A DNA stretch of 62,473 nt, filler included, from Deltaproteobacteria bacterium (GTDB lineage: Bacteria; JAUYMQ01), in NCBI GenBank assembly GCA_030698575.1. It is 11 parts of 11 records of this genome, joined end to end, with 100 filler letters (N's around TTAATTAATTAA, not from the genome) between each part and the next. Parts side by side here need not be neighbours in the genome. Positions count along the whole stretch, not along the records: positions 59,822 to 62,473 come from JAUYMQ010000326.1; 10 more parts are not named here. One strand, 5' to 3'. The translations under genes were made by a program, and so were the position numbers. The notes beneath the pieces were generated by a model. That model had not been told where the DNA came from. It did not search any database and saw only the letters and a program-made list of their open reading frames with translations. This document shows, piece after piece, positions 60,120 through 62,473 of the stretch (position 1 is its first letter; every line of letters starts with the position of its first letter).

Positions 60120-61487
60120 CTAAGAAACTCCTTCCGTCGCTGTTGCAGCGGTTACCAGGGTGAACCCCAGACTCTTTGCGCGGCGATGCAGGTTGTGGAT
60201 GACGCGCTGCCGGTAGCGCTCTTCATAGGAGGACACGCCGGGGTCGACGTAGGTCATGCCGAATCGCAGGGCGTTGTAGAACAAAATCGCGAGCTTGCGA
60301 GCCGTGGCGGTCACCGCCTTGGCTTTGCCCGTGCGGGCGGCGAGGCGTCGGTAGAAGGCGCCGAGCGCCGTTTGCGTCCTCCCGATATTGACCGCCGCGA
60401 TGCGCAACACGGCGGTCGCGCGATTCGACGACCGGCGGGTCTTGGAGCTGAGGAGGCGACCGCCCGAGATCTTGTTGCCGGGGGCCAGGCTCAGCCACGA
60501 GGTGAAGTGTTTGGCGGTGGGCCATTTGGTCATGTCGTCGCCGCACTCAGCTACGAGCCGCAAGACCGTGTACGGACCGAAGCCATGGATCTGGCTCAGG
60601 TCGGCGCCCAACAGCGTATACAGGGCGGGCCGCACCTCGAACGCCGGCTCGTTCCGGCCCTTCGCGTGACGCACGGACGGGAGCGGGGCGTCAGGGGTCA
60701 CACGCTGTTCGTTCAGCCCGCCCAAGACCGCTTCGATCTCGACGTCGCACTCGGCCACCTTCGCCTGATGAAAGTCGTACAGCTCCAGGGCCTGCCGCAA
60801 CGCGAAGACGTGCTCAGGACGGTAGTTGCCGATGAGCGCCTCGCGGATGGTGTCCTCCGAGGCGTGGCACCGGCGGTCGCGGAACGCGGCCAACTGCTCG
60901 GGCGCGTGATTGCCGGAGACGATCGCCCGGATGATGCGCATCCCGGTGAGCCCCGTAATGTCCGTAACCACGTGGTGCAGCTGCACATTCATCTGCATGA
61001 GCGCCTTCTGCATGTGTTGAATGTGCGCGGCGGCATAGTCGACCAGCCGCTCGCGATGGCGCAGGTACGCGCGCAGACGCACGACGCTGTCGCGGGGCCG
61101 GAAGCTCCCGCGCAGCAGCCCGTGCTGGTGGAGCTGCTGCAACCACTGCGCATCGTTCACATCCGACTTTCGGCCGGGGACGTGCTTGACATCGCGTGCG
61201 TTGACTAGCAGTACTTCGAACCCCCGCGCTTCGAGAATCTCGAAGACCGGAATCCAGTAGACGCCGGTCGACTCCATCGCGACCGTCGTGATACCCACCT
61301 CCGTGAGCCAATCCGCCAACTGGTGCAGATCGCTACTGAAGGTGCGGAAGGTACGGACTGGCCGGTCATCTCGGTCGCTCGGCACCGCGACCACGTGAAA
61401 GGTCGCGCCGATGTCGATCCCGGCGGCGTGTGGATTGATGGTGGAAAGGCGTCCTGCTGATGTCCCACGCGTCCTTTTCCCTGGCAT
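60120..61487 (-). CDS. IS110 transposase (DEDD recombinase)
   Basis: AGIDIG, AMESTGVYW, GRKSDVNDA, KISGG, TATARKLA; GGAGG RBS. Confidence 0.95.
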   Translation of the reverse strand: MPGKRTRGTSAGRLSTINPHAAGIDIGATFHVVAVPSDRDDRPVRTFRTFSSDLHQLADWLTEVGITTVAMESTGVYWIPVFEILEARGFEVLLVNARDVKHVPGRKSDVNDAQWLQQLHQHGLLRGSFRPRDSVVRLRAYLRHRERLVDYAAAHIQHMQKALMQMNVQLHHVVTDITGLTGMRIIRAIVSGNHAPEQLAAFRDRRCHASEDTIREALIGNYRPEHVFALRQALELYDFHQAKVAECDVEIEAVLGGLNEQRVTPDAPLPSVRHAKGRNEPAFEVRPALYTLLGADLSQIHGFGPYTVLRLVAECGDDMTKWPTAKHFTSWLSLAPGNKISGGRLLSSKTRRSSNRATAVLRIAAVNIGRTQTALGAFYRRLAARTGKAKAVTATARKLAILFYNALRFGMTYVDPGVSSYEERYRQRVIHNLHRRAKSLGFTLVTAATATEGVS

Positions 61488-61504
61488 CTGAACCTCCTGT
61501 CGAG

Positions 61505-61700
61505 GAAGCCCGGGAGCAGGGGTGGCGCATCAGATCACTTTCCTAAACGGGATCGCCCGCAGGCGTCACCAATATCAAGTGCGCAAGCCACCCCCGGACC
61601 ATGTTTTTTTACGGGTTCGCGGCGTCACCAAAAAGCAAACGGCCATTCCTCCCGGGGTGCCGCGACGATAGCCCCACTGGGAGTTTCTGGTCCAGCAGGT
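61505..61700 (-). ncRNA. Putative IS110 bridge RNA (target- and donor-binding loops)
   Basis: Two parallel TTGGTGACGCC...CCCGT modules closed by a CCCGGGAG/CTCCCGGG stem; loop sequences match the element end and flanks. Confidence 0.7.
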
Positions 61701-61728
61701 AGCACGGCACCCGCCGAGCCCGATGGTT

Positions 61729-62055
61729 TTTTAGGATGTCGCGCTCCATCCGCAGTTCGCGATTCTCTTTGCGCAGCGTGGCCAACTCGGCGCGCTCCTC
61801 GGTCGTCAGGCCCGTCTTGCCCTTCGTCCGATCAGCCCGCGCGTGCCTGACCCAATTGGCCAGCGACGAGGGCGTCAGATCCAGCTCGCGGGCGACGGCG
61901 CCGATCGTCTTGCCCTCGTCCAATACCAGCCGGACCGCGCCGACCATGAACTCGTCAGAAAACTGCCGGCGTGGCCGCCGACTCGCGCTGCGCTTGGCCA
62001 TTCGGGACATCGTATCCACCTTTCGGAAGATGTCCACGAAACCGGATCAAGCCCA
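61729..62055 (-). mobile_element. IS3-family remnant: left IR and orfA, cut at the frameshift site
   Basis: TGGGCTTGATCCGGTTTCGTGGACA IR-like start; orfA from 62010: RRQFSDEF..AVRLV..VARELDL..SLANWV..LRKENRELRMERDILK. Confidence 0.85.
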
Positions 62056-62277
62056 ATGTGCCCCTGCATCCATTCGAAGGAGCGATTGCCAACTCACACT
62101 CGCGCTCTGAATCGAACGTGCGAGGTGCCCACTCAGGCTCACTGATGTCATTTTCCCACTGGACGCCATTCACGCCCCGTCGTTCTGCTGAACGCTTACT
62201 GCGCCATGACGGATTTGTGATCGTGGTGATGGTCGTCTGAAGCTTTCTGGTACCCGGGTTGAAATGATGGTCGGTGC

Positions 62278-62473
62278 ATGCAGACGCTATCCATCCTTGA
62301 ATGTCTCACCTGCGGAAGCGCACGCGTGGAACGATTGCCTCGAGTTATGAGCGACGACCTCGAAGAGTGGTTCGAATGCGACTCCTGCGGCCGCGTGTTC
62401 GCCGTGCCGGTTGCCGAAGGAGACCAGGAGGTTCCAGAAGGTATTCTGGAGATGTTCAGTTGTTCTGACCTGA
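62278..62473 (+). CDS. Small zinc-ribbon protein (runs off the window; absent from the ORF track)
   Basis: MQTLSILECLTCGS...EWFECDSCGRVF (two CxxC). Confidence 0.55.
   Translation, partial: MQTLSILECLTCGSARVERLPRVMSDDLEEWFECDSCGRVFAVPVAEGDQEVPEGILEMFSCSDL

Larger units (their letters stand above)
60117..61728 (-). mobile_element. IS110-family insertion sequence
   Basis: Transposase plus ~240-bp upstream non-coding end; no long terminal IRs; ends inferred from a shared TT/AA core and the interruption of IS3 orfA. Confidence 0.85.

Noticed and set aside
61609..61728. C-terminal tail of the 142-aa IS3 orfA ORF
   Set aside because: Read-through into the IS110 non-coding end, not part of OrfA.

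Overview
The window is not contiguous DNA. It is 11 contigs joined by artificial 100-bp linkers (N44-TTAATTAATTAA-N44): 1-6846, 6947-12411, 12512-15830, 15931-28578, 28679-34119, 34220-39525, 39626-44715, 44816-48334, 48435-52070, 52171-59721 and 59822-62473. It looks like a GC-rich bacterial metagenome bin, probably with contigs from more than one organism. Ordinary content: transport, redox and repair genes; a T2SS/T4P-like gsp operon; a SNF2 helicase; PAS kinases; thrC; F420 genes (cofD-cofC-cofE); polysaccharide genes (gmd-rmd, GT2, GT4, deacetylase); a DUF1998 helicase-exonuclease fusion; and a peroxiredoxin/redoxin pair. The two strongest leads are: (1) contig 6, where three small secreted Cys-rich peptide genes, a 6-bladed beta-propeller and a CxxC redoxin lie between an AraC-like/RND-adaptor fusion and an RND permease; (2) contig 11, where an IS110 element has a bridge-RNA-like non-coding end whose loops match its own right end and the A7G frameshift site of the IS3 remnant it interrupts. 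Other leads are sigma-28-type promoters, REP-like palindromes inserted into coding sequence, a structured intergenic RNA candidate and a NERD-double-kinase gene. All calls come from reading motifs by eye; no searches were run.
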